A stretch of DNA of 64,000 nt from Octopus sinensis (lineage: Eukaryota): contig NC_043014.1 of the NCBI RefSeq assembly GCF_006345805.1, positions 10,292,001 through 10,356,000 of the forward strand, given 5' to 3'. The position numbers and the translations under genes were made by a program. Positions 38,967-50,830 of the stretch are shown here, one piece after another (position 1 is the stretch's first letter; every line of letters starts with the position of its first letter). The notes under the pieces were generated by a model. That model made no database searches. It saw only the letters and a program-made list of their open reading frames with translations, and was not told where the DNA came from.

Positions 38967-39180
38967 AATGGAACAAAAACGCATTGGGGGACATTAAAAC
39001 GTTCGGATAGATAGACGATACAAAGGCGGACAGAGAAACAAGAATTAGAAGGACAGGCAAAAAAAAGACGGGTCATTCTTAGCTTCTTTCATCAGTCAAG
39101 TCCCAGAAGTCACGACCATTTCGGGCAGTTACATTACATATATATGCATTATATATATTTATGTGTGTGTATATATATAA

Positions 39181-39259
<79 letters not shown>

Positions 39260-39465
39260 GTGTGTGTGTGTGTATACAATTTACATTTTATTCATGTATT
39301 TCTATCATTTTTATTTTTATACTTATATATTTATATATGTATACTTACATGCACAAATGCTGACACGCTTGCTCACACACACATAAATACATGCTCTGCA
39401 TTGTGTAATATATGCCCTTTTATACATCTAATTTCACCGATGCGTTAGTGTTTTACAAATATATA

Positions 39466-39895
39466 GGCGTAGGAGTGGCTGTGTGGTAAGTAGCTTGCTT
39501 ACCAGCCACAAGGTTCCGGGTTCAGTCCCACTGTGTGGCACCTTGGGCAAGTGTCTTCTACTATAGCCTCAGGTCGACCAAAGCCTTGTGAGTGGATTTG
39601 GTAGACGGAAACTGAAAGAAGCCCGTCGTATATATATATGTGCGTATGTATGTGCGTATATGTTTTTGTGTCTGTGTTTGCCCCCCAACATCGCTTGACA
39701 ACCGATGCTAGTGTGTTTACGTCCCCGTAACTTAGCGATTCGTCATGAGGGACCGATAGAATAAGTACTAGGCTTACAAAGAATAAGTCCTAGGCTTACA
39801 AAGAATAAGTCCTGGTGTCGATTTTCTCGACTAAAGGCGGTACTCCAGCATGGCCACAGTCAAATGACTGAAGCAAGTAAAAGAGAGTAAAAGAG
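39466..39895 (+). mobile_element. SINE family A, full length
   Basis: Complete. Carries a short internal tandem duplication of TAGGCTTACAAAGAATAAGTCC. Confidence 0.9.
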
Positions 39896-40671
39896 ACTAT
39901 ATGTATGTTGCATAATATGCATATACTGGCACGTATGAGTATATGTATGGCTTTTATTTTGTTTATATGTGTATATATTTGACTATTATTTCTGCCTCTT
40001 TCCCTGATTCTATATCGATGATAGACATTTTACATTTTACTGCCTCTTAATGTTCCACTTTTTCTACTCCCAGAAAGTTTCAAATTGACAGCAACACAGA
40101 CAACCAGTTGAGTCCATCTCGAGATAACCACAGGAGTGTTAGCGCTCATTTTGAAGGGTATTCCTTTGCAATACAGGAGTAGGAAATAAAAGACTACTTT
40201 TCTGCTGCGCAGAAAGTATAAGGACGCTTGGAAAGCCTACATGTGGAAACAAATGTAAGTTATGAAGTATTACCACAGATATCATGGATAGTAGCTGTCC
40301 ACAAACGTCATTATAATACATACATATGTGATATGGTGTTAAGGCTCGAGAGGAATTTGTAGCAAAGATCTGAGGGTATAAATATTAGACTTTACTGTAA
40401 TGTGGTGTAAATAAACTCACATAATTTGAGAAGACCCTGATAGAACATTCCTAGAAATCCTGAATAAAATGTCAGTGTCCAAAATAAAATATGGATAAGA
40501 TGTTAAATGAAGCATGGTGTACAGTCGCTTCGTTTGTTTCTTTCAAAATTGCCTGGCTCTCCGTCGGTTCCGGCAGCGAATATTCTAGTTGATATGATGT
40601 AAGGAACAACCTGCAAGTGAAATTCACGCGCAAAAGGGTAAGCACACCCGAGACACGCATACCGAGAGCAA

Positions 40672-41180
40672 AAATGTGGTACAAACATAAACCCGAAGGC
40701 GTCATCGAAAATGATTATGCAAAGACCCTACGGGATTTTATGATTCAGTGCGATCAAAATATTGAGAACTGGGAACGAAATATAGTGTCAATTGCGAAAA
40801 AAAGTAAACGATGGTGTGTCATAGATATAGCATGCCCAGCTGACAACAGGGTTTGCGATAAGGAAGAAAGAAAAGCCGAGAGATATGACAGGTTAGCTTT
40901 GGGAGTTAAACAGTTGTGGACGATGAAAAAGGTAACAGTAGTACCAATAATTTTCGGAGCCCTGGGAACAGTGAGCAAAAATCTTGAGAAGTACATGGAA
41001 CAAATAGGGGCTGCAATAAGGGTGGAGGGAGCACTTACAGAAAACAGCACTACTTGGAACTGCTCGGACACTCCGGATGGTGCTCAGAAAATAAGGGGTG
41101 TTATCTTTGTTCCCTGGGCGTGGACAGCTGGCACCATAGTACATCTCCAGCGTTAGAAGCTGTGCAAATACCATGCAGAA
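40672..41180 (+). mobile_element. Degenerate R4/Dong-type LINE 3' end: restriction-like endonuclease region
   Basis: WYKHKPEGVIEND..K...DF.IQCD, VIDIACPAD..V..KE..K..RY, VVPIIFGALG. Followed by (GAA)/(TAA)n. Confidence 0.8.
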
Positions 41181-41214
41181 TAAGAAGAAAAAGAAGAAGA
41201 AAAATTATAATAGT

Positions 41215-41317
<103 letters not shown>

Positions 41318-41325
41318 ACAACAAC

Positions 41326-41367
<42 letters not shown>

Positions 41368-41380
41368 TAATAATAATAAT

Positions 41381-43200
41381 AAATTCTGCATAGCCCTAAT
41401 ACCCCTTACAAGTGAATTAAACAGAACAGGGTATGGGTATAAAATTGCCAATAAAAAAATAAGCCATCTATTTTATATGGATGACTTAAAACTTTATGGT
41501 AAAGACAATAATGAACTTGAAGGCCTATTGCGCACCGTGAAAGCATTCAGCGATGACATCGGGATGGAGTTTGGACTTGAGAAGTGTGCCAAGGCCACTT
41601 TCCAGAAAGGGAAAGTGAAGACCACAAATTCAGTCGTGTTAGATGTTGACACAGTCATAAGAGAGCTTGAGCAAGAACAAACATACAAATATTTAGGGAT
41701 AAATGAAGGCTCTGGTATTCAGCATGCAAGCATGAAAGAGAAAATCAGGAAGGAATGTTATAGGAGAGTTCGTGCAGTCCTGAAATCTGAACTAAATGCA
41801 CGTAACAAGGTGTTAGCTATAAATTCCTTAGCAGTTCCAGTTGTTACTTATAGCTACAATGTGTTGAACTGGAATATGAGTGAAGTAAAGAATATAGATA
41901 GAAAAATACGCAAGCTGCTGAGTTGTAATAGGATGCACCACCCAAAGGCAGACGTAGATCGCCTTTACCTTCCCAGAGCCCAAGGAAGTCGAGGCCTGAT
42001 CCAATTTGAACTAGCTTACAAAACAACCACAATTGGACTGGCCAAATATCTCGAAATATCGAATGACTGGATGCTAAAGCTCGTGGAAAATCACGAGAGA
42101 CGAAAGAAGCTTCATTCTATCATAAAGGAAAGCAAAAAATTTGCTATTGATCTCGTGCAGGATACCCAAACTGAACAACCCGAGGGAAGTACGGCAACTA
42201 TTGTTGCAAAGAAGGTGAAAATGATAGCAATAGAAAAAGCGCACGAGCAATTGGCTGATAGGTGGGAGGAGAAACCTCTGCACGGCAAATATGTGACCCG
42301 CAGCAAACAAGCTGATGTTGACCAGAAGCAAACCCATCAGTGGCTACGGAGCTCAGGGCTAAAAGCAGAGAGCGAAGGTTTCATCCTGGCTGCTCAAGAT
42401 CAAAGCCTATTAACCCGGAACTACCAGGCCAATGTGATGAAAAATGGAGCAGACCCAAAATACCGATTCTGCAACGACATGATTGAAACAGTGGACCACC
42501 TAATCTCTGGATGTAAAGTCTTAGCACCAGTGGAGTATAAATTAAGACATGACAGAGTTGGCCAATATCTCCACTGGCTAATAAGTCGGCATTACAATAT
42601 CAAAACTGCCGATAAGTGGTATAATCACCACCCTGAGGCTGTAACGGAAGGAGAAAATGTAACCATTCTGTGGGACTTTCCAGTACATACAGAGCGAACT
42701 ATCAAGTCCAATAAACCAGATATTGTTGTGAAAGACCAAAACAATAAAGTTTGCTTATTGATCGACATGAGCATCCCCTGTGATCATAATATCTCAGCGA
42801 AAGAGTTTGACAAGCTCAGAAAATATAAAGACCTACTCATTGAAATTGAGAAAATGTGGCATCTCAAGGCGGTTACAATACCAGTGATCGTAGGAGCACT
42901 AGGAATGATCAAGAAGGGAACCGAAAATTATATGAGAATGATCCCTGGCTTACCATCCCTGCAAGAAGTGCAAAAGATTGTCTTAACTGGTACATCACAC
43001 GTATTGAGAAGAGCATTGTCGATGTGAGAACTGTTGCTGCTCATGTATTTTAATTTAAATTTAACTTTAAAAAAAATTTAAAAAATGAACGAACTACTGA
43101 GTTTGGTTTAATGGCCTACCAATGTATACTATGAGTTTCTTTGCCCTAGGAGTCGGGAAGACACTCGGCAAGAAATGGATGCAAATTTGAAAGAAAAAAA
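41381..43200 (+). mobile_element. R4/Dong-clade non-LTR retrotransposon, 5'-truncated, inserted in (TAA)n; uninterrupted ORF 41381-43027
   Basis: SHLFYMDDLKLY (RT), RLYLPR..G.RGL, KPLHGKY, AAQDQ, knuckle YRFC..ETVDHLISGC, RHD, KPDIVV..IDMSIP..K..KY (RLE), VIVGALG. (AAT)n upstream and (TAA)n downstream. Dong-type elements are known TAA-repeat targeters. Confidence 0.93.
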
Positions 43201-43204
43201 AATA

Positions 43205-43236
<32 letters not shown>

Positions 43237-43257
43237 GATGATGATAATAATAATAAT

Positions 43258-43290
<33 letters not shown>

Positions 43291-43393
43291 AAGAAGAAGG
43301 AGAAGAAGTAGAAGAAGAAGAAGAAGAAGAAGAAGAAGAAGAAGAAGAAGAAGAAGAAGAAGAAGAAGAAGAAGAAGAAGAAGAAGAAGAAGA
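43258..43393. repeat. (GAA)n polypurine tract
   Basis: Direct reading. Confidence 0.95.
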
Positions 43394-43997
43394 GCAACAC
43401 CAACAACAAGACTATCAAGATGGTAATCCGTGTATTTGGGCAAGTTGTTTCCATGGTCCTTACAAGGAGATTGTGTTTTCTCCTTCCCCCTTAGAATTGC
43501 ATGCGTTGCGTAAAATGTCCCTAAAAAACGATTCGCCATCAACTTATTTTTCCATACAGGCAGTCAGTGAGATTTCCTCAATAACCTGTTTAGGCGGAGA
43601 TTTTACGGATCCATGTTTGTTTCTGACCCCACCCCTGTAATTTTCGTAAGCGATATTAACGAAATATCATTTACTGAACTCGACGTTGTGTCTATTATAA
43701 TGTTTCTCATAGCGTCGGACGTTTGAGAAGTACTACTTAATAAGATTTAATCATACTCGAGATATATTAACCGATTCATCTCGCTGAGTGCTGTCCATTT
43801 GTCAAGTTATTGATAAATTCCTGTTAATCAACTTTCTTCCAATTTTGTATACAAACGTATTTGGTAATCAGTTGAAATCCTAAATTTCATCAAATTATTA
43901 AATCCTGTCTCAAAATCTTCCTTGACCTGCTATAAATTACTTAGAGTCGGTACTTGTATTAACATCTCTATATTCTATTTAAACTGATAGAATTCCT

Positions 43998-44407
43998 ATT
44001 TCTTTACTACCCACAATGGGCTAAACACAAGGAGGACAAACAAGGACAGACACACGGATTAAGTCGATTACATCGACCCCACTGCGTAACTGGTACTTAT
44101 TTAATCGAAATGATGAAAGGCAAAGTCGACCTCGGCGGAATTTGAACACAGAAAATAGCGGCAGACGATATACCTATTTCTATTTCTTTACTACCCACAA
44201 GGGGCTAAACACAGAGAGGACAAACAAGGACAGACAAACGGATTAAGTCGATTATATAAGATCCCAGTGCGTAACTGGTACTTATTTAATCGAAATGATG
44301 AACGGCAAAGTCGACCTCGGCGGAATTTTAACTCAGAACGTAAAGACAGACGAAATACCGCCAGGCGTTTCGCCTGGCGTGCTAACGATTCTGCCAGCTC
44401 ACCGCCT
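43998..44407 (-). mobile_element. SINE family B dimer with a 20-bp TSD
   Basis: TTTAAACTGATAGAATTCCT at 43978-43997 and 44408-44427. Confidence 0.9.
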
Positions 44408-44584
44408 TTTAAACTGATAGAATTCCTTCCTGTTAAAGTTTCACTAGCACAATTCAATTTTATTCGTGTATATTAGATTAAAACTGCTTTCCCGGCATCT
44501 GCAAATGCTCATTGTTCATCTTGTCACAAACACCACAAGTAAGATTCATTTGCGAAGAAATTATATTTGACTTTTGCTTGTTAG

Positions 44585-44718
44585 TCGTTATAGCAAACTT
44601 CAATATAGATAGCTGCGTTGTAAGCAGCTTGATTCCGCAGCACATGGATCCAGGTTCAGTCTCAATGCAAGTTTCTTCAACAATAGCCTCACAAGACTTG
44701 AGAGTGAATTTCGTAGAC

Positions 44719-44753
<35 letters not shown>

Positions 44754-44933
44754 TTTTTCACTCTCTCTCGGTTTATTTTTCTGTTATCCCTTTCTGTTGA
44801 AGAGCGTATGCTCGAAATGTAAAGGACTTCTTCACTTTTCCAGAGCATCAAAATAATACAATTGCTTGTTGTTCCTACACCTGTCTTCGTCTTTTGTCTT
44901 TTTCGTAAACTCTCCCTATATAATATATATATA

Positions 44934-44990
<57 letters not shown>

Positions 44991-45010
44991 CATATATACA
45001 TGTATGTATG

Positions 45011-45041
<31 letters not shown>

Positions 45042-45285
45042 GTATATGAGTGTGTGTATAAGATAGTAAGTCTTTGTATCCGTGTTTGTTTCTTGCTACC
45101 GCATGAGAAACGATGTTGGTGTGTTTACTTCACCGTCTTGTAACGGTTCGGCAAAAGAGACCGATAGAATAAGCACGAAACTTTAAAAAATATCCCGAGG
45201 TTGATTTGGTCGGCTAAATTCCTTCAAGGCGGTGCCCCAGCATGGCCGTAGTCAAATGAATGAAACGAGTAAAAGATAAAAGATA
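44585..45285 (+). mobile_element. Old SINE family A copy split by a PLE-type terminal fragment and microsatellites
   Basis: Degenerate head at ~44585-44720 and tail at ~45070-45285. Confidence 0.6.
44750..44918 (+). repeat. PLE-type terminal fragment with a variant hammerhead motif at 44790-44825; related pieces at ~10345-10460 (-) and ~37090-37165 (+)
   Basis: CUUU-CUGUUGA-A-GAGC-GUAU-GCUC-GAAA-UG-UA-AAGG. The 3' end ..CTTCGTCTTTTG..CGTAAA..TC(T)CC is shared with the other pieces. Confidence 0.5.
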
Positions 45286-45519
45286 AACAATGATTACTGT
45301 GTATAATCTTGGAAAAAGTATTTTTAACGAGGTCTTTTGATATGTGGAAGAGTAGTGTTAGTATTTTATTATTATCACTCCCTATTATTGACTGAGCAAA
45401 GAAGTGTTTAGGGCTCAAGGTCAGATCTTGTTAAGTGTAAATATTGCCCGACTAAGGAAAGCTGCTCACTAAGATGCTAAAGAAAATATGATGACTTGTA
45501 GAAAGTAACTAAACACTTT

Positions 45520-45893
45520 TAAACTTCGTATACTGGTAGAATGTGTTTATAAAACATCTTTTTCTCTTGGCTTTGTTGAGAAACTTCTATAGTTTGTAAG
45601 TTATTTTTTGTTTTTTTTTCTTCAATTTCTGCAATTTCAACCAATCACTGACGTCTATTGAGATGGAAACATTCTGTGCCGTATGAATATGTCCCTCGTT
45701 TAAGAAACAGATTGGTTTATTTACATTGGTGAAGAAAAAAAGATACCCTTTCCCTCACCCCTAACCCTAACCCTAACTAACCCTAGATCTAAAATAGATT
45801 GAAATGCAATAGATCGATACTAGGGTCATAATTATGGGTGACAATTTCATATGACACCGCTAGAAAAAACTGCCGTTCAAACCGAAAAGATCC
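45520..45893. repeat. Unclassified repeat containing (CCCTAA)3; partly shared with ~28226-28365
   Basis: 45520-45660 aligns with 28226-28365. CCCTAA units at 45759-45776. Confidence 0.5.
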
Positions 45894-46859
45894 AAGAATG
45901 GTACATAAATCCAAGTGTTTCTTTTTTATTATATGACACCAGGCCAACTCGATGATCTGTCATGGATGGCGCACCATCATTTAACGTAAGATATCAAAAT
46001 GCTGAAAAGAATCTGTAGTTTTGCATTAACGTTTTAAAATCTTCAAATGTTGTTTCCCTTTTGCTATGTATTTTCAACGATTTGCAGAACAACATTTCTT
46101 AATCGATTTTCCTTTCTTTAACAAAAACTCACATAAACTACCAATAAATCTTCGTTGCATAATGCATTCGAATTACGAGTATGTTTACTATATTCTGTCC
46201 TTCTAAGTTCCGTGTACAACTGACATTCAATAACTTACCCATTTTATCGATCCAGTGAGATACTGTATTATTAGAGCGAGCAACCTATTTTGGAATATCT
46301 GAATCTATTTTAAGGATCGGAATAAGAATTTCAGAAAATAAGGGTATTATTATTCTTTTGAATTGCATGTGGCTTCCCACATTTAGCTACTACATGTGAT
46401 ACCATATATAAATCAATGAAATAATTTTCATGCTTTATATCATAATGAGGTTTCTAAATCAATCTATAGTTTGGCGTCTTCCAAATATATTATTCACCTC
46501 TTTTACATCTGTGATATATAAAAACCTTCTTTAAAGTGGCCTTTTACACGTGTTGGATTCTTAGCCTCATTTGATAAAATATTTTTACAAACAAGATTCA
46601 TACATTGCCAATAATCTAAAGAGTGATAAATCTATACACAAATTATTTATATTATATCGGCGAATTTTATCTTGTGTTGGTTATGTTTCTGTTTTATTCC
46701 TTCTACGAGAAAAAAACTGTAATAGATTTTCAGCATTTTCAATGTTCTTTTTCGGTGGGATTAACCGATGAAAGGAACTCTGATAAAGAAACTGAGAGTT
46801 CTATGACTGGTAACGCAAGACTAAGCTTCTGACACGAATTCGAGGATCAACCTTAGGAA

Positions 46860-47120
46860 AGTGCATGTGTCTCCGCTGTACCGCATCTGTAATAGAGTGG
46901 ACGAAACCATTGCCCATATCATGAAAGAATGCCCTAGACTTGCCAAAAACCACAATAAGTTGTGACGACACAATGAGGTAGCGAAAGTGCTACACTGGAA
47001 ACAGTGCAAAAGGTGAGCCTAGAGAGAGGCAAGACGTGGTATGAGCACAAGCCGCAGAGTGTGGAAGTGTCGAAGACTTGCAAACCCTCTAAGATTTCCC
47101 ACTCCAAACATATCAGGTGT
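46860..47120 (+). mobile_element. Decayed R4/Dong-type fragment: zinc knuckle and start of the RLE
   Basis: PLYRICNRVDETIAHIMKECP..RHNEVAKVLHW..WYEHKPQSV, with stops. Confidence 0.75.
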
Positions 47121-47125
47121 CAACG

Positions 47126-47419
47126 ATAAAAGTTGGTTATGCGTGCATATTAAGACGTGTTCTGTATTTTTCAATGAAAAAAAATTCTTTATTTAAGCGT
47201 TCTTGTGGAGCGATTGTATCTTTGCACTGGTAGAAGAAGGAGACTGTGAAATTTGGTTTGATATTATCTGCATATTTTTCTATATGTTCACTGAGAGGAA
47301 TTTGCCTGTATTGCGGCCCCTTCTATCAGTGCAAAGACACAATCTCTCCACAAGAACTTTTAAATACAGAAACGTTTTCATTGAAAATGTCTTAATATGC
47401 ACACATAACCAACTTTTAT
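47126..47419 (-). mobile_element. PLE GIY-YIG C-terminal fragment with an inverted duplication
   Basis: Minus strand YRQIPLSEHIEKYADNIKPNF..FFYQCKDTI..QERLNKE matches the 61.1-61.3 kb PLE. 47126-47236 and 47320-47419 are inverted repeats. Confidence 0.8.
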
Positions 47420-47785
47420 CTTTTTACACATTTCAATTCACGATTACATCATTGTACATAAATCCCCTCACTAAACAAGTTTTTCGAAACTTTTTTTTGT
47501 CTATACATACATATTCCCCTCCCCTTACCGAAAGCTGAGCAGTTATCTCCCTTGCCCACATCAATAACAATAATAACGATAACCAATTACCTACCCTTAT
47601 TTTTCTACTTGTGAAGTCATTCACTCGTAAATATCACCACACACAACATGGACAGAATTTCTTCTTTAGAAAATACATATTCAAATCAGTAAAACATAAT
47701 ATCATGATAGTGATAGCGACACCGGTTGATATATCAAAAATTATATTAAAACTATGTAAAATGTGCGCGTTTTCCTTTTTTAATT

Positions 47786-47831
<46 letters not shown>

Positions 47832-48079
47832 AGTTATTAGGGAGGGATTATTTAATCCAGGCAAAATACTTTACAGGCTCTCTGTTAATAGAAATGCTCC
47901 ATGCTAACAAATTTTTAGATTAGTAAAGAACGCATATTCTTGTGTCAGTGTCCATCACCATTCTATATTGTAAATCCATGGTTCTATTCCCAGTGAGACT
48001 GGTCTTTTACACAGATTGATATACACAACAAAATAAAACTAATGGTCATTACATATACCTTTATTGTAATGGAACCGAC

Positions 48080-48245
48080 TTATACGACTTGCTTCTTTCA
48101 GTTTCCGCCTTCTAAATTAATACTGAACACTTTGGTTCTGAACGATCCTGGGATATTATAGAAGATGGTATTGCCAAAGTTGTTTGGCGGTAGGACTGAA
48201 CCCAGAACCATATGTCTGAAATGCAAGCCTCTTACCACAAAACCA
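48080..48245 (-). mobile_element. Old SINE family A 5' half
   Basis: Degenerate match: CTTCTTTCAGTTTCCG...GGACTGAACCCAGAACCAT. Confidence 0.6.
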
Positions 48246-49067
48246 GTATTTCGCCCATCATTTTTAACCGTTTGCCTAAAATTAGAATTCAATTTGTAGT
48301 TTTAATATTTTTTTTGTTGTTTACACACAAATAATAAAACGCGTAATTTCTATACCGAAAGAATGAATCCTTTTCATGAAAGTGGGATGTATTCATTGTA
48401 TGTTCTTCCATATAAAATAGGTCGCCTTTGGCTAAAATTATCGAAACGCACAAAGGACCTACGGTGGAAAATATTTACATTTTCCCTTTTCAGCTAAAAT
48501 GGGAAAAATAATTCCTTTGAAGATTTCTCTATTTTCATCATATTTTACCTTCCTGGTATATTTTCATGTATATTTTTTTTAAATAACAAACTAAAGAACA
48601 ATGCATCGCTACACTTAGAGTTAAAATCTTCTCGCGAAATCATTTCATCGGTATTTCTGAACATCGATATAAGTAGACTTGAAAATTAAGAGATTTTCTT
48701 CAAAAGAATGACTACGAGGCTAATTTCTTGGAATATTTCGAGAAAATAAAACAAGGATAGAAAAAAAGTTTACTTTGTATATTTGTAATATAGTTTTATT
48801 TTTCCTTCTCACTGTCATGTAAAAACATTTTGTGTCTTTCAGGGAGTAAATAAGTAGACACACTCTATGTATGGCTTCCCTTAGGAGTCAGGATAAAAGC
48901 TCGCTTTCATCGGAAGTTCAGCTGGTACACTGATTTATTCTACTATTGAATTTTTCTGATAATGCACTGATTGACATATGATGCCAATCATTTTCTCGTG
49001 TGCCGAAGTTATGTATTTTAACCTACAGTAAGTAGATCAGAGGTGTGCACGATATTAGAGTAGGTCA

Positions 49068-49486
49068 GGGCGACGAGCTGGCAGAAACGTTAGCACGACG
49101 GGCGAAATGCTCAGCGGCATTTCGTCTGACGCTACGTTCTGAGATCAAATTCTGCCGAGGTCGAGTTTGCCTTGCATCCTTTCGGGGGTCGATTAAATAA
49201 ATACCAGTTACGCACTGGGGTCGATATAATTGACTTAATCCGTTTGTCTGTCCTTGTTTGTTCTCTCTGTGTTTAGCCCCTTGTGGATAGTAAAGAAATA
49301 GGTATTTCGTCTGACGCTACGTTCTGAGTTCAAATTTTGCCGAGGTCGACTTTGCCTTTCATCCTTTCGGGGTCGATTAAATAAATACCAATTACGCACT
49401 GGGGTCGATATAATCGACTTAATCCGTTTGTCTGTCCTTGTTTGTCCTCTCTGTGTTAAGTCCCTTGTGGATACTAAAGAAATAGG
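49068..49486 (+). mobile_element. SINE family B dimer with a 15-bp TSD
   Basis: TATTAGAGTAGGTCA at 49053-49067 and 49487-49501. Confidence 0.9.
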
Positions 49487-49763
49487 TATTAGAGTAGGTC
49501 AAACAAAGTTAACGACTTGCCTGTGTCTAGTGATATTTCGCTAAATTTTCTATCGCAGGTAAAGTAGCTGGAAATTCTACACAATCGTTCAACCCGCTAG
49601 AAATAGCAGTACTCTTACATATCTCTCATTATTTTTTCAGTAATCCTTACTTATTTGGTAGGCATGTGTAAATTGAAGTTCGAAGGAATGTGATGAACTG
49701 CATCGTTCTGCGAAAGCAAACGTGGCTTGGTTTCGGAATTACGTTTCTTTTAATAATATTTAA

Positions 49764-50706
49764 TACCTGTTTCTTTACTACCCACAAGGGGCTAAACACA
49801 GAGGGGACATGCAAGGAAATCGACCCCAGTGCGTAACTGGTACTTAATTTATCGACCCCGAAAGGATGAAAAGCAAAGTCGACCTCGGAGAATTTGAATT
49901 CAGAACGTAACCGCAGATGAAATACCTATTTCTTTACTACCCACAAGGGGCTAAACATAGAGGGGACGAACAAGGACAGACAAACGGATTAAGTCGATTA
50001 CGTCGACCCCAGTGCGTAACTGGTACTTAACTTATCGACCCCGAAAGGATGAAAAGCAAAGTTGACCTCGGAGAATTTGAATTCAGAACGTAACCGCAGA
50101 TGAAATACCTATTTCTTTACTACCCACAAGGGGCTAAACATAGAGGGGACGAACAAGGACATACAAACGGATTAAGTCGATTACGTCATCCCCTATGCGT
50201 AACTGGTACTTAATTTATCGACCCCGAAAGGATGAAAAGCAAAGTCGACCTCGGAGAATTTGAACTCAGAACGTAACCGCAGATGAAATACCCATTTCTT
50301 TACTACCCACAAGGGGCTAAACATAGAGGGGACAAACAAGGATAGACATAGGTATTAAGTCGATTAGATCGACCCCAGTGCGTAACTGGTACTTAATTTA
50401 TCGATCCCCGAAAGGATGAAAAGCAAAGTCGACCTCGGAGAATTTGAACTCAGAATGTAACCGCAGATGAAATACCCATTTCTTTACTACCCACAAGGGA
50501 CTAAACATAGAGGGGACAAACAAGGACAGACATGGGTATAAAGTCGATTAGATCGACCCCAGTGCGTAACTGGTACTTAATTTATCGACCCCGAAAGGAT
50601 GAAAGGCAATGTCGACCTCGGAGAATTTGAACTCAGAACGTAACCGCAGACGAAATACCGCTAAGCATTTCGGCCGGCGTGCTTACGATTCTGCAAGCTC
50701 GTCGCC
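49764..50706 (-). mobile_element. SINE family B pentamer (~183-bp units, single head) with a 14-bp TSD
   Basis: Units start at 49764, 49923, 50106, 50289 and 50473. TTAATAATATTTAA at 49750-49763 and 50707-50720. Confidence 0.92.
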
Positions 50707-50830
50707 TTAATAATATTTAACTCCAGCTCAGAAATGTTGAATGAAACATTTAGCAAATAATTCTAATTAACGCATCGTTGTTTGTAAGATTTCCATATAA
50801 CAGATATGTTAGATGATTTCGAGATAGCTG

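Noticed and set aside
40074-40254. Good acceptor (ending 40073) and GTAAGT donor (40255) as a coding exon
   Set aside because: All three frames contain a stop within the 181 bp. A non-coding exon cannot be judged without RNA data.
45759-45786. (CCCTAA)3 as a telomere or fusion scar
   Set aside because: Only three units, embedded in an interspersed repeat.
49764-50706. Regular tandem units as a possible CRISPR array
   Set aside because: The units are ~183-bp SINE bodies with no unique spacers, in eukaryotic context with no cas genes.
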